DNA of 64,000 nt from Nitrospinales bacterium (GTDB lineage: Bacteria; Nitrospinota; Nitrospinia; Nitrospinales; VA-1), in assembly GCA_965223345.1 (NCBI GenBank), contig CBDCWG010000012.1:2272001-2336000 (forward strand). Direction: 5' to 3'. Below, piece by piece: positions 48,295 through 58,504 of the stretch. Position 1 is the first letter of the stretch. Each line of letters starts with the position of its first letter. The notes under the pieces are model-generated. The model did not search any database. It was not told the origin of the DNA and saw nothing but the letters and a program-made list of their open reading frames with translations. Made by a program: the position numbers and the translations under genes.

Positions 48295-49857
48295 TCAGGA
48301 TAAAGGTTGAAGTTGGTCTTCCTTGACGGAATATTCGCGTTTGCACACGGAGCAGGCTCCGTGATCGAAATTGACTTGCAGTTTTTCGCCGCACTCGCAC
48401 ATCCAGCCGACGCGCTTGGCGGGGTTGCCCACCACCAGGGCGTAGTCCGGGACGTCCTCGGTGACCACCGCTCCGGCGCCGATGAAGGCGAATTTGCCGA
48501 TGCTGTTGCCGCAGATGATCGTCGCGTTGGCTCCGATCGTGGTGCCGCGCCGCACCAGCGTGGTTTTGAATTCGTTCTTGCGCGGGATGGCGCTCCTGGG
48601 ATTGAACACGTTGGTGAACACGCAGGAGGGGCCGCAGAACACATCGTCTTCCAGGACCACGCCCTCATATACGGAAACGTTGTTCTGGATTTTCACGTTG
48701 TTGCCGATGATGCCGCGCGGGCCGATGACCACGTTCTGGCCGATGTTGACGTTGTTGCCGATCTTTGAGTTTTTAAGAATATGCGAGTAGTGCCAGATCT
48801 TGGTGCCTTTGCCGATGACACAGCCTTCGTCCACATAGCTGGACTCGTGCAGAAAATAGTCGTTGGCGCTGCCGTCGGGGGAGAGACCCTCCATGTTGGC
48901 CTGCGCCTGCTCCAGCACCCGCAGCACCCGGAGGCCTTCCTCGCCGTCGGTCTGGATGGGTTTGCCGCCGATGCCGTCCAGGAACGCACGGCATTCCTCC
49001 AGCAGGGGTTCCTGCCAGTCGCCTGAGAGGTCGATGGCAATGCCTTCCTTTTTCTGCGGCACCGGGGTGTTGCCCTGCCACAGGATGTTGTGCGGGTACA
49101 CGACGAGCTTTTCCTCGCGCGGCGCGGTGTCGTCGAACACCACCATTTTGCGGTCGCCGATCACCACCAGCTTCTGCTCCTTGAACGGATGCAGCCAGGA
49201 CACGAAGATGTGCGCGGAGATGCCGCTGGGGAATCTCAGGTGCGTGAGCGTCGAGTCCGCGATCTTGGGATGCAGGATGGTTGAGCCGAAGGCTTTCACG
49301 GAAACCGGTTCCTCGCCGATCAGAGACAGGATCACCGAGATGTCGTGCGGGGCGAAGGACCAGAGTATGTTTTCTTCTTTACGGATTTTCCCCAGGTTGA
49401 GCCGGTTCGAATAGACGGACTGCAATTTGCCCAGCTCGCCGGTCTGGATCATGTCCTTTATTTTCAGGATCGCCGGATGGTAGTGCAGGATGTGGCCGAC
49501 GAACAGCACCTTGCCGGTTTGTGCGGCGAGGGCGTTGAGCTCCTTGCCTTCCCGTTCGGTGAGGGCGAGGGGTTTTTCCACGAACACGTGCTTGTTGGCC
49601 AGCAGGGCGTCTTTCGCCATGGTGTGGTGCATCGCCGCAGGCGTCGCGATGGCCAGGGCGTCGATGTCCGGCCGGGATATCAGGTCTGTGAAAGAGCTGG
49701 TGACTTCCACATCGGGGTAGTTTTCCTTATGGATCTTACAGACTTCTTCAGAAGGGTCGCAGATGACTTTGAGGACACCGAGATTGTTGAATGTCCTGGC
49801 GAGATTTTTCCCCCAATATCCCGCGCCGATCAACGCGACGTTCGGTTGGTTTGGCAA
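48295..49857 (-). CDS. Fused Gfo/Idh/MocA dehydrogenase (WbpB-like) and hexapeptide N-acetyltransferase (WbpD-like)
   Basis: N-terminal GAGYWG, VEKP and PHDIS. C-terminal [28 protein letters not shown] and GNPA. TTG start after GGAGG. Confidence 0.9.
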   Translation of the reverse strand: MPNQPNVALIGAGYWGKNLARTFNNLGVLKVICDPSEEVCKIHKENYPDVEVTSSFTDLISRPDIDALAIATPAAMHHTMAKDALLANKHVFVEKPLALTEREGKELNALAAQTGKVLFVGHILHYHPAILKIKDMIQTGELGKLQSVYSNRLNLGKIRKEENILWSFAPHDISVILSLIGEEPVSVKAFGSTILHPKIADSTLTHLRFPSGISAHIFVSWLHPFKEQKLVVIGDRKMVVFDDTAPREEKLVVYPHNILWQGNTPVPQKKEGIAIDLSGDWQEPLLEECRAFLDGIGGKPIQTDGEEGLRVLRVLEQAQANMEGLSPDGSANDYFLHESSYVDEGCVIGKGTKIWHYSHILKNSKIGNNVNIGQNVVIGPRGIIGNNVKIQNNVSVYEGVVLEDDVFCGPSCVFTNVFNPRSAIPRKNEFKTTLVRRGTTIGANATIICGNSIGKFAFIGAGAVVTEDVPDYALVVGNPAKRVGWMCECGEKLQVNFDHGACSVCKREYSVKEDQLQPLS

Positions 49858-49920
49858 GAGCGGCCTCCGTTCTCATGTGTGGGTTGCAGGACCGGTCTGC
49901 AGCCGGTCCGGGTGATTCTG

Positions 49921-51252
49921 TCAGGCTTTGATGATTTTGTCGGAACGGATCCTGCCACAGGCGTTCCGCGTGTCCACCACCAGTTTTGATTTTTTGACGA
50001 TGCTTTCGTAGTCGTAAACCGAATGATCGGTCAGGATGAGCGTCATGTCGTACTGACCGATGTTTTCCAGGGGCACGCTTTTTCGCCCCTCGAACTGTCC
50101 GTAATCCCGCTTGGAACCGAGCACCGGGATGTACGGATCGTTGAAGTCCACCTTTGCGCCGTATTCCTCGAGCAGTTCCATGATCTTGAAGCTGGGCGAT
50201 TCGCGTGCGTCGTCAACGTTTTTCTTGTACGCCATGCCGAGGATGAGGATGCGGCTTTCCTTCAGGCTTTTGCCGGTGTTGTTGAGCGCGCGCAGGATTT
50301 TCTGCAGCACGTATTCTGGCATGGATATGTTGATCTCACCGGCAAGCTCGATGAACCTCGTGGACACGCCGTATTCGCGCGCTTTCCAGGTCAGGTAGAA
50401 CGGGTCGATGGGAATGCAGTGGCCGCCCAGCCCGGGGCCCGGATAAAAGGGCATGAAACCGAACGGCTTGGTGCTGGACGCGTCGATCACTTCCCAGATG
50501 TCGATCCCCATTTTGTCGAAGATGATTTTCAGCTCGTTGACCAGGGCGATGTTGATGGAGCGGAAGATGTTTTCCATCAGCTTGGTCGCTTCCGCCGCCT
50601 TGGTGCCGGACACCGGCACGGTCTTCTCGATGATCGCCAGGTACAGGGTGTTGGTCAGTTCCAGTCCCAGCTCGGTGTCGGCGCCGAGAACCTTGGGAAT
50701 GGTTGCGGTGGAGTACTGCTTGTTGTTCGGGTCCTCCCGTTCCGGGGAATAGGCCACGAAGAAATCCTGATTGGCCTTGAGCCCGCTGCCTTCTTCCAGT
50801 TCGGGGATCAGCACCTCGATGGTGGTTCCGGGAAACGTGGTCGATTCCAGAATGATCAGCTGGTCCTTGCGCAGATAGGGAGCCATCTGGTGGGCGGTGG
50901 CCACGATGAAGCTCATGTCCGGTTCCCGGTTGTGGTTCAACGGCGTGGGAACGCAGATGAGCACGCAGTCCAGGTTCGCGACGCTGGAAAAATCGGTCGT
51001 GGCCTGAAACCGGCCGCTTTCTACCAGTTTGGCGATCTTCTCGCTGGAAATGTGGCGGATGTAGCTTTCGCCCTTTTCCAGCCGATCGACTTTGCCGGGA
51101 TCAACGTCGAGTCCGACCACGGAAAAACCGGCTTTGCTGAATTCGATGACCAGCGGCAGACCCACGTAGCCGAGCCCGACCACACCCACGGTTGCGGTTC
51201 TTTCTTTTATTTTTTGTAGTAACAAGGTTGCTTCTCCCTCATTCATTGGCAT
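49921..51252 (-). CDS. wbpA: UDP-N-acetylhexosamine 6-dehydrogenase (WbpA-like)
   Basis: GLGYVGLP, CVPTP, ESTTFPGT, SPERED, GGHCIPIDP and D.RESP. Confidence 0.88.
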   Translation of the reverse strand: MPMNEGEATLLLQKIKERTATVGVVGLGYVGLPLVIEFSKAGFSVVGLDVDPGKVDRLEKGESYIRHISSEKIAKLVESGRFQATTDFSSVANLDCVLICVPTPLNHNREPDMSFIVATAHQMAPYLRKDQLIILESTTFPGTTIEVLIPELEEGSGLKANQDFFVAYSPEREDPNNKQYSTATIPKVLGADTELGLELTNTLYLAIIEKTVPVSGTKAAEATKLMENIFRSINIALVNELKIIFDKMGIDIWEVIDASSTKPFGFMPFYPGPGLGGHCIPIDPFYLTWKAREYGVSTRFIELAGEINISMPEYVLQKILRALNNTGKSLKESRILILGMAYKKNVDDARESPSFKIMELLEEYGAKVDFNDPYIPVLGSKRDYGQFEGRKSVPLENIGQYDMTLILTDHSVYDYESIVKKSKLVVDTRNACGRIRSDKIIKA

Positions 51253-51397
51253 GGTGTGTGAAAGAACGAAATTTTCAGGTGGTTTCCAGACCCGTTTTCA
51301 GGATTCCCATCTGCGGATGGAGTCCAGCGGGTGCTCTTGAAACACCGGTATCTCCGGGCCGGTTTTTCAAGACGGATGCAGCGCGATCGGTGTGAAT

Positions 51398-53923
51398 TCA
51401 GTTGTCCGATTCGATCGATGTCAGATTTTTGCCGTTGTCGCTTTTAAAGAAATATTCCTCGCCGATGATGCTTCTCATCATGACTTTGATTTTGTTGAAA
51501 TCTCCTGTGAGGGCCAGGCGGAACAATTCCTCGATTTTGCGGTTGAAATCGTCGTCCATCTCTCTCTTTGATTGTAAGACTTTTATTTTCTTATGGAAAG
51601 TTTCAATTGCCTCGTCACAGTCGTCCACCAGCTCCTCGAACAGCTTCTCTCCGGGGCGGATGCCGGTGAACTTGATTTTGATGTCCTTGTCGGGTTCATA
51701 TCCCGCCAATCGGATCATTTTTTGCGCCAAATCGACGATTTTTACCGGTTCGCCCATTTCCAGCACGAATATCTCGCCACCGTCTCCGATCACCGCCGCC
51801 TGCAGGATGAGCTGTACGGCCTCGGGAATGAGCATGAAATAGCGGGTCATCTCGGGATGCGTCACGGTCACCGGACCGCCGTTTTCGATCTGGTTCTGGA
51901 AGAAGGGGATGACGCTGCCCTTGCTGCCCAGCACGTTGCCGAAGCGCACGGTCATGAATTTGGTGTTGCTGCGCTGGTTCATGTACTGCACGTATTTTTC
52001 GGCGACTTTCTTGGTGGTGCCCATGACGCTGGTGGGCCGGATCACCTTGTCCGTGGAAACCATGACGAACCGTTCCACGTTGTATTTGGCGGAAACGTCC
52101 GCGGTCACTTTGGTGCCGTAAATGTTGTTCACGACCGCCTCGTCCACGTTGTCTTCCATGAGCGGCACGTGCTTGTGCGCCGCGGCGTGGAACACGATCT
52201 GCGGGCGGTACTGCGCGAAGATGGAATCCATCTTCTCTTTATTGGTGATGGAGCAGAACTTGTAATGCTGCTTGGTCGTGGCATTTTTTGAGCTGCTGCC
52301 GCCGTTGAGCAGGATGTTCAGTTCGTAAAGGTAGTTCTCCCCGCGGTCCAGCATGACGATCTCGGAAGGCTCGTACTCCATGACCTGCTGGCAGAGTTCG
52401 GAACCGATGCTGCCGCCGGCGCCGGTGATCAGAACGCGTTTGCCCCACACCATGTTCTTGATGGCGGACAGATCCAGTGAGACGGAGTCGCGGCCCAGCA
52501 GGTCGCTGATCTCAATTTTCCTGATTTTGGAAAAATGCACTTCGTTGGTCGGCAGGTCGATGACCGAAGACACGATTTTGAATTGGACCACGCATTTGCT
52601 GCAGATCTCGACCAGTTCGCTGAGGCTTTCGGAGGAGATGTTGTTGATGGCGATCAACACTTCCCGGATTCCCAGACCGGAGACCAGCTCGGGGATGTCG
52701 TGGCGGTTGCCCAGAACTTTGACGCCCATCAGATTCTTGTTTTTGATGTGCGGGTTGTCGTCCACGAACCCGCACACGCGAAAATGCGGGAAGCGGGAGC
52801 GCAGGTTCTTGAGCAGCATCGCGCCGGTGTCTCCGGCGCCGAAAATCAGCACCCGGATGCCGCCTTCTTTCACCAGGGGTTTTTGTCTTTGGCGCTCTTT
52901 CCACAATCGCCAGGCCAGGCGCGACCCGCCCAGCATGGTGACCAGCAGGATGAAGTCGATGATGGGCACCGAGCGCGGAAACGTGACCGGCGGATTGGAG
53001 TAGAGGAAAATCGACACCAGCAGCAGGATCGAGCCTGTGAGGACGGCCTTGATGATGAGGATGAGTTCCTCGAGGCTGGAGTACTCCCAGAACCGCGAAT
53101 AGAAGCGGAAATAGAAGTACGCCACCGCCCGTGACAGGATGATGAACGGGATCAGGTACAAAAAGGTGTTGAGCTCTTTTTCCGGGATGTTCCACTCGTA
53201 GCGCAAAAAGTAGGCCAGGTAAAAGGAGATCAATCCCAGAGCGGTGTCGCTGATGAAGAAGATGAGGTTCTGCGGGCTCACCTTCAGGTTCTTCAGGGAA
53301 AATGCGGATTTGAAATCGACGTTGAACAGGGAGTTCAGGATCAGGTTGATGTCATAAAGAAACGAGGACTTGTCGAGATAGATCATGGCGAGGCGGATCT
53401 TCTCGGGCATCAACTTGTTGATGTATTCTTCTTCCGGGTTGGTGGCCTTGCTCAGGATCTCTTTCTCGTTTTGGAATTCGAGGGAAGCGAGATCGGTGAT
53501 GCCGGGCCGGACGGTCAGGATGCGCAGGTACTTGCCGCGGAACATGTGGACGAACTGGCGCAACTCCGGGCGCGGCCCCACGATGCTCATGTCGCCCTTC
53601 AGGACGTTGATGAACTGAGGCAGCCCGCTCAACCGGGTCTTGCGCAAAAACCGGCCCACACGAGTGAGTTTGGCGGATTTTTGAAACCGGGACGCAGGGG
53701 GGGTGGCGCTTTCTTCGAGGGTCCGGAACTTGAGGATGAAAAACCTGCGGAATCCTTTTCCGATGCGTTCTTCGCGGAAGAAAACCGGTCCGGGTGAATC
53801 CAGTTTGATGAGAAGTGCGATCACCAGGAAAACAGGACTCAAAAGGACCAAGGCGGTGAGGGAAACCACCACGTCGAACAGGCGTTTCAGCAGGACCCAA
53901 TATAAGGATGAGATCGATTTCAT
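51398..53923 (-). CDS. Fusion of a degenerate monotopic PGT domain and a PglF/CapD-type UDP-GlcNAc 4,6-dehydratase
   Basis: N-terminal KRLFD, KFRT, GPRPE and PGITD, then 4 TM segments. C-terminal TGAGGSIGSE, HAAAHKHVP, STDK, MGTTK and RFGNVLGS. Start MKSISS at 53923 (ORF open to 53959). Confidence 0.9.
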   Translation of the reverse strand: MKSISSLYWVLLKRLFDVVVSLTALVLLSPVFLVIALLIKLDSPGPVFFREERIGKGFRRFFILKFRTLEESATPPASRFQKSAKLTRVGRFLRKTRLSGLPQFINVLKGDMSIVGPRPELRQFVHMFRGKYLRILTVRPGITDLASLEFQNEKEILSKATNPEEEYINKLMPEKIRLAMIYLDKSSFLYDINLILNSLFNVDFKSAFSLKNLKVSPQNLIFFISDTALGLISFYLAYFLRYEWNIPEKELNTFLYLIPFIILSRAVAYFYFRFYSRFWEYSSLEELILIIKAVLTGSILLLVSIFLYSNPPVTFPRSVPIIDFILLVTMLGGSRLAWRLWKERQRQKPLVKEGGIRVLIFGAGDTGAMLLKNLRSRFPHFRVCGFVDDNPHIKNKNLMGVKVLGNRHDIPELVSGLGIREVLIAINNISSESLSELVEICSKCVVQFKIVSSVIDLPTNEVHFSKIRKIEISDLLGRDSVSLDLSAIKNMVWGKRVLITGAGGSIGSELCQQVMEYEPSEIVMLDRGENYLYELNILLNGGSSSKNATTKQHYKFCSITNKEKMDSIFAQYRPQIVFHAAAHKHVPLMEDNVDEAVVNNIYGTKVTADVSAKYNVERFVMVSTDKVIRPTSVMGTTKKVAEKYVQYMNQRSNTKFMTVRFGNVLGSKGSVIPFFQNQIENGGPVTVTHPEMTRYFMLIPEAVQLILQAAVIGDGGEIFVLEMGEPVKIVDLAQKMIRLAGYEPDKDIKIKFTGIRPGEKLFEELVDDCDEAIETFHKKIKVLQSKREMDDDFNRKIEELFRLALTGDFNKIKVMMRSIIGEEYFFKSDNGKNLTSIESDN

Positions 53924-54566
53924 AACAAGAGGCAGTCCCTTGTCGGAACAGCGAAGCACCGTTCCGCACGGTTACGTCAATTTCGCTATCGAAGACAACC
54001 CCTGTGTTGTCCCCCATGCTGCTTCAATGGTTTACAGGGTGCCACGCCCGTATGGAGGATTGATCAAGGGAATGTAACAGTTCGATAACAAAATGAAAAA
54101 AACGCAACCCACCCGGTCTTTGTCATTCTTGGGGAGATGGCTGAAAATCGTCCCACAGAAAGAAAATGCACCAAACTCCCAAAGAATTACATCTACATTT
54201 GATGGATTTATGATTTACATTTCTTGAAATATTACTCAAATACCGGAAACCTTGTCAAGGTGCAACTGGGGCCGGGAAGGGTGATCTAACTTACAAAAAT
54301 ATAGTAACTTATTGTCTCTTTAGGCAGAACCGCCGCAATTATTTTTCCGCACCGGAACGCAATCAGATGGAAACCGGTTCGGCGGAATTTCCGAGGATCG
54401 AACTGAACTTATTGAAAATATTTGTAAATCAGGAAAACATTCCCAAACAGGCGTGACGGTGCCGTGGAAGCGGTTCTTTTTCAACAGGTGGAAGTGGAGC
54501 CGGGTGTATGAAAAATTTCGGGTTTTTGCAGTATTTTGCTCAGCGATTCTCAAAAAACGAACATAA

Positions 54567-54598
54567 AATCAATAGTTTAATGTGGCACGGAGCGTGCT
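54567..54598 (+). promoter_or_regulatory. IHF site plus sigma54 (-24/-12) promoter
   Basis: AATCAAtagtTTA (54567-54579) matches WATCAANNNNTTR. TGGCACG-GAGC-GTGCT (54583-54598) has GG-N10-GC spacing. Confidence 0.65.
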
Positions 54599-54669
54599 TC
54601 TTTCTTCGCAACGTGCCCGAAACCGGGTATTGAAAAGGCTCTTGGAAATCATTTACAGGCGGAAAAGCT

Positions 54670-54816
54670 ATGAAAATCAAAGAGGGGACCTGGGCGGAAA
54701 ACATCAAAATGGGATTTCTGACTTTTCTATCGACACTTCCCCTGGGGTATCTGCTGCTTCTCTTGATCGACGACTGGCTGTTCTCGGTCGTGAAAGTGTT
54801 TTACCTCGTTCCCTGA
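54670..54816 (+). CDS. Small hydrophobic membrane protein (48 aa)
   Basis: Manual translation MKIKEGTWAENIKMGFLTFLSTLPLGYLLLLLIDDWLFSVVKVFYLVP. Shorter than any ORF in the track and downstream of the sigma54 promoter. Confidence 0.55.
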   Translation: MKIKEGTWAENIKMGFLTFLSTLPLGYLLLLLIDDWLFSVVKVFYLVP

Positions 54817-55228
54817 TATACCCCGCAAAGGATTCCCTCCCCACAACCCTGCCGACCCTGGATTCCTCATCCCCGTTTTATCTGCGATGCGATCGGGACG
54901 GAAAAACGACTCCCGATTCGCCGGGCGGTTAAACGGATTGGCATGGGAGAGGATCACCGTCCTTTAATTTAATTTGACCGCGCGAATGTAAATCTGACGG
55001 CGAGGCTAACCATCTGATTTTAAAGCTTTATCATCTAAAAAATGGTGCTAGCTATATAGGAAAAATATAAAAAATGTTTTAAATCAACGTTGTAACTGTT
55101 AAAAAATATTTAAATTTGCTATAATTTACACTAGTTTTCTGGGTGGTCCGGGACGTTACTCACAGGCCCAAAGGGGCCGAAACACTTTTATTTTTCGGTT
55201 TTTAAAGCAAAAATTAGTCTCGTTTTTA

Positions 55229-55257
55229 TTGACACCTGTGGAATCAAATTGTATAGT
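55229..55257 (+). promoter_or_regulatory. Near-consensus sigma70 promoter for the beta-barrel/wza unit
   Basis: TTGACA-N17-TATAGT. Confidence 0.75.
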
Positions 55258-55825
55258 GCGCGGAACGATGGGCGGCGGTTTATCAATCTTTTTCCGTTGA
55301 ATAGCGCGCTACCTTCGCGAACGAAGCCCATCTATCGTGGAATACTCGGAAATTCAATGACTTTCCTTTAAATTGGGTTTTCGAAGCAGATCCGAAGGTT
55401 TGTTTGAAATTCGGATTCACTAAAATGCGACACTCAAACGGACCATCGATGCAGGAGGAGAGATCGAATGGCTTTGCGGTGGCATTTGCCTTTTCACCCG
55501 CCTATTTCAACAACAGCGGTCTCCTGCTTCCTGCCTGAATCGAAAGCGTTTGAACCTCAGGGCCTGCGAAGATGACGCGGCTCGCGATGGTTTTGAGGTC
55601 GTTTGAAACCCTGAAGCCGCTCTGTAGATGTGCCATTTTGGGCTAATCGGGGTTCGGCTGGAAGCGGGTTTCATTCTGAATTTCAAATGACTTCCGGATA
55701 GGGGCTGCAGGCCGGAACTCTGTGTGACATTTCGGGGAATCCTGATCAGGAGATAAAAACGGGAGTGGCTGCTGCGGACGATCGGCGATCGATCTGATCC
55801 CGTTTTTTAAAGTTTTTAAATCCGT

Positions 55826-57139
55826 ATGACCAACGTACCGGTGGGGGATTTGATGAGAAAGTTTTTGAGCGGTTCTGGCTTTGGTTTACTGCTGTTGCTG
55901 TTTCTTCCTTCAATCGGGGCAGCTCAGATCGAAATTTTTCCAAAGGGTGGTTTGGACTTGAGAACGGATGAGGGAAAAATCCGTATTGGCCGAGTGGAGA
56001 TCCATCCGGGCCTTGCGCTGGAATCACGATACGACAGCAATGTGTTTCAGGAGGCCAACAAGACCTTTGAAAATGGAACCAGCGAAGATAAGGACGATGA
56101 TTTTATTTTCACGATCTCTCCATCGATCGGCATCAATCTGGAACGTGGCAAGGGGGAGTTGCTTGGTTTTGATTTCAAATACATCGGAAACAGCGAACAC
56201 TTCGTCAATCTTTCCAGTGAGGACACCTTCGAGCACGACGTCAACGCTTCCGTGAACTTCGGCGGACCGGGCGGAAGGACGGACGTCACCCTGGGTGGCC
56301 GCTACTTCAAAACCCGCAGCATTCAAGACAGGGATCTGCAGAGTAACCTCGGGGCCCGCCAGGATGAGGAAGACTCCAAACTTTTTGCGAACCTGGTTTA
56401 TATCCTGTCTGAGACTTTCAGGGTCCGGCTCAACGGCGATTTTCGTAGAGAGGATTTTTCCGGCTCTCCGGGCATCGATATTGAGGACGTGGACACCATC
56501 AACCTCGGGGGTGCGGTTTTCTGGCAGATCACGCAGCCGACCGCGATCGGGGTCCGATACAATCACCGAATCCGGGATTACTTGACTCCCTCGACGACCA
56601 ACTTTGACGGTGAGGCGGATGCGATTTTCTTTCTCGTCAAATGGGAGCCGACGAAGCTGTTGCGCAGTGAGGTGGAACTGGGTTACGAGACCAAGCGCTT
56701 CGATAATATTTCCGGCCAGGACGTAGACGATTTCGTTTTCAATGTGGATGTGGAATACAGCCCCACGCAGCGAAGAAAATTTCTTTTCAACGCCACCCGT
56801 CAGATTCAGGACTCATCGTTCCGGTTGATCCAGGCTTTCATCTATACCGCGGCGGAGGGCAGCGTGTTGCAGCGGCTCGGGCGGAAGTTTTCCACGAGGG
56901 CCGGTTTTCAGTTTGAAAACCTCGATTACCAGAAGTCGGCGGTGGACAATACTTCGATCGGTGGTGTCAGCAGAGTGCGTGTGGACAATACCATCACGGG
57001 AACCCTGGCGGTCATCTACGATATCCAAAGTTGGCTCAAGGCCGAAGCGGAATACAAATACGAGCAGAATTTTTCCAATTTTGATGACCGGGATTACGAG
57101 CAGAATGTCGGAACCCTGCGGCTTTCAGCGACTTACTGA
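55826..57139 (+). CDS. Outer-membrane beta-barrel, polysaccharide-export associated (VpsM/EpsX-like)
   Basis: Signal peptide (likely start 55853 MRKFL), HPGL...YDSNVF, DDFIFTISP, alternating amphipathic strands and a C-terminal aromatic (LSATY). Next to wza. Confidence 0.85.
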   Translation: MTNVPVGDLMRKFLSGSGFGLLLLLFLPSIGAAQIEIFPKGGLDLRTDEGKIRIGRVEIHPGLALESRYDSNVFQEANKTFENGTSEDKDDDFIFTISPSIGINLERGKGELLGFDFKYIGNSEHFVNLSSEDTFEHDVNASVNFGGPGGRTDVTLGGRYFKTRSIQDRDLQSNLGARQDEEDSKLFANLVYILSETFRVRLNGDFRREDFSGSPGIDIEDVDTINLGGAVFWQITQPTAIGVRYNHRIRDYLTPSTTNFDGEADAIFFLVKWEPTKLLRSEVELGYETKRFDNISGQDVDDFVFNVDVEYSPTQRRKFLFNATRQIQDSSFRLIQAFIYTAAEGSVLQRLGRKFSTRAGFQFENLDYQKSAVDNTSIGGVSRVRVDNTITGTLAVIYDIQSWLKAEAEYKYEQNFSNFDDRDYEQNVGTLRLSATY

Positions 57140-57466
57140 TTCCGCTTTCGACGCACTTTCATATTTTCCTTTTATTTTCTTTAGGTTAGATGATGAATGG
57201 GGGCCGAAATCTATTTTCGGCCTTTTTTTTATTTGCGCTTGCGGACGTTTGGTTTACACTCTAGACAATCCGCTATGTGCTCGTAAAGGTGGTCCGTTCT
57301 TCCCGGAAGGGTTTCAGATTGTCAGCAGATAACCGGGACGATGCGCGCGCTGCAATGTTGACCTTCTGACCTTAAATTACGATTGAATTCCAAGATCTTC
57401 GGAACTTTTCAATAAACCTCTTATGTATCCTCTGATATCCAATACCTTTTGGGGAGTGAAGCCGTT

Positions 57467-58390
57467 ATGAAGAGAAATTCATTGATCGTTGTCCTCTGTT
57501 CCCTTTTTTGTTTTATCATTGCCCATTCTTCATTTGCCGCGCCGGCCAAGCAGTTTACAGGTAAAGTTCTACCCGGTTCGGGAAAAGGGAAGGATGACTT
57601 TCCTCCCTCCACTCCCATCATCAATCAGAGCAACCCCTTTGTTCTTGGGCCGGAAGATCTCATCACGGTTTCTGTTTGGGGGAACAAGGAACTGACGACG
57701 GAAATGCCCGTGCGGCCGGACGGCACGATTTCTTTTCCTCTTATTGGGGATATCATGGCGCAAGGGTTGACCCCGGCTCAGTTGAAGGAAAAAATCACCG
57801 ATGATCTGAGAAACTTCGTCACCGATGCCAGCGTGACGGTCATCGTCAAGCAGATCAACAGCATTAAGATTTCCATCGCCGGTGAGGTGAGAGAGCCCGG
57901 AACCTTTCAGATCAACCGGCCCGTGACGCTGCTGCATGTGTTTTCGATCGTCAAAGGATTCACCGAAAAAGCGGATTTGCGCACGTCCTATCTGTTGAGG
58001 AACGGGAAAAAAATGAACATCGATTTTCACGCTCTTGTGAAAAACGACGATTTCACGCAGAACGTCTGGCTGAAGTCCAACGACATCATCTTCATTCACG
58101 ATAACTTCGGCAACCGCGTGAATGTCATGGGTGAGGTGGTCAAGCCCCAGGTCGTCACCTTTCAGGAGGGAATGACGGTGATGGACGCCATCCTCGTTGC
58201 GGAAGGATTGACGGACATCGCCAAGGCAAATGGCACCAAGGTGTACCGAAGGAACAAGCGCGGAAACTTTGACAAGGACATCGAAAAAATCAATGTGGAG
58301 CTGGACAAGGTGATTTTTGACGGCGACCTGTCTAAAAACATCCTGCTGAAGCCTGGAGACATCATCCATGTTCCCCGCAGCTTTTTCTAG
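57467..58390 (+). CDS. wza: OPX/Wza polysaccharide export protein (Poly_export + 2 SLBB, no C-terminal TM helix)
   Basis: LGPEDLITVSVW, VRPDGTISFPLIG, GEVREPG and GEVVKP. Ends LKPGDIIHVPRSFF. Confidence 0.92.
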   Translation: MKRNSLIVVLCSLFCFIIAHSSFAAPAKQFTGKVLPGSGKGKDDFPPSTPIINQSNPFVLGPEDLITVSVWGNKELTTEMPVRPDGTISFPLIGDIMAQGLTPAQLKEKITDDLRNFVTDASVTVIVKQINSIKISIAGEVREPGTFQINRPVTLLHVFSIVKGFTEKADLRTSYLLRNGKKMNIDFHALVKNDDFTQNVWLKSNDIIFIHDNFGNRVNVMGEVVKPQVVTFQEGMTVMDAILVAEGLTDIAKANGTKVYRRNKRGNFDKDIEKINVELDKVIFDGDLSKNILLKPGDIIHVPRSFF

Positions 58391-58430
58391 TCCCCCGTTC
58401 AGCAACGGCTGAGAAAGCCTTTTCGTTGTG

Positions 58431-58470
58431 AGCCGCTGACCGATTGCAGATCGGTCAGCGGCTTTTTTTT
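58431..58470 (+). terminator. Rho-independent terminator after wza
   Basis: AGCCGCTGACCGAT-tgcag-ATCGGTCAGCGGCT followed by a T run. Confidence 0.85.
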
Positions 58471-58504
58471 GCCCCAACGGTCCATTTTAAAGAGGTCGGC
58501 TGAG

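Noticed and set aside
55261..55340. ops/JUMPstart element or c-di-GMP riboswitch in the EPS leader
   Set aside because: GGCGGCGGTT does not match GGCGGTAG, and no GEMM-type GGCAAA/GACGCAAA architecture was recognised.
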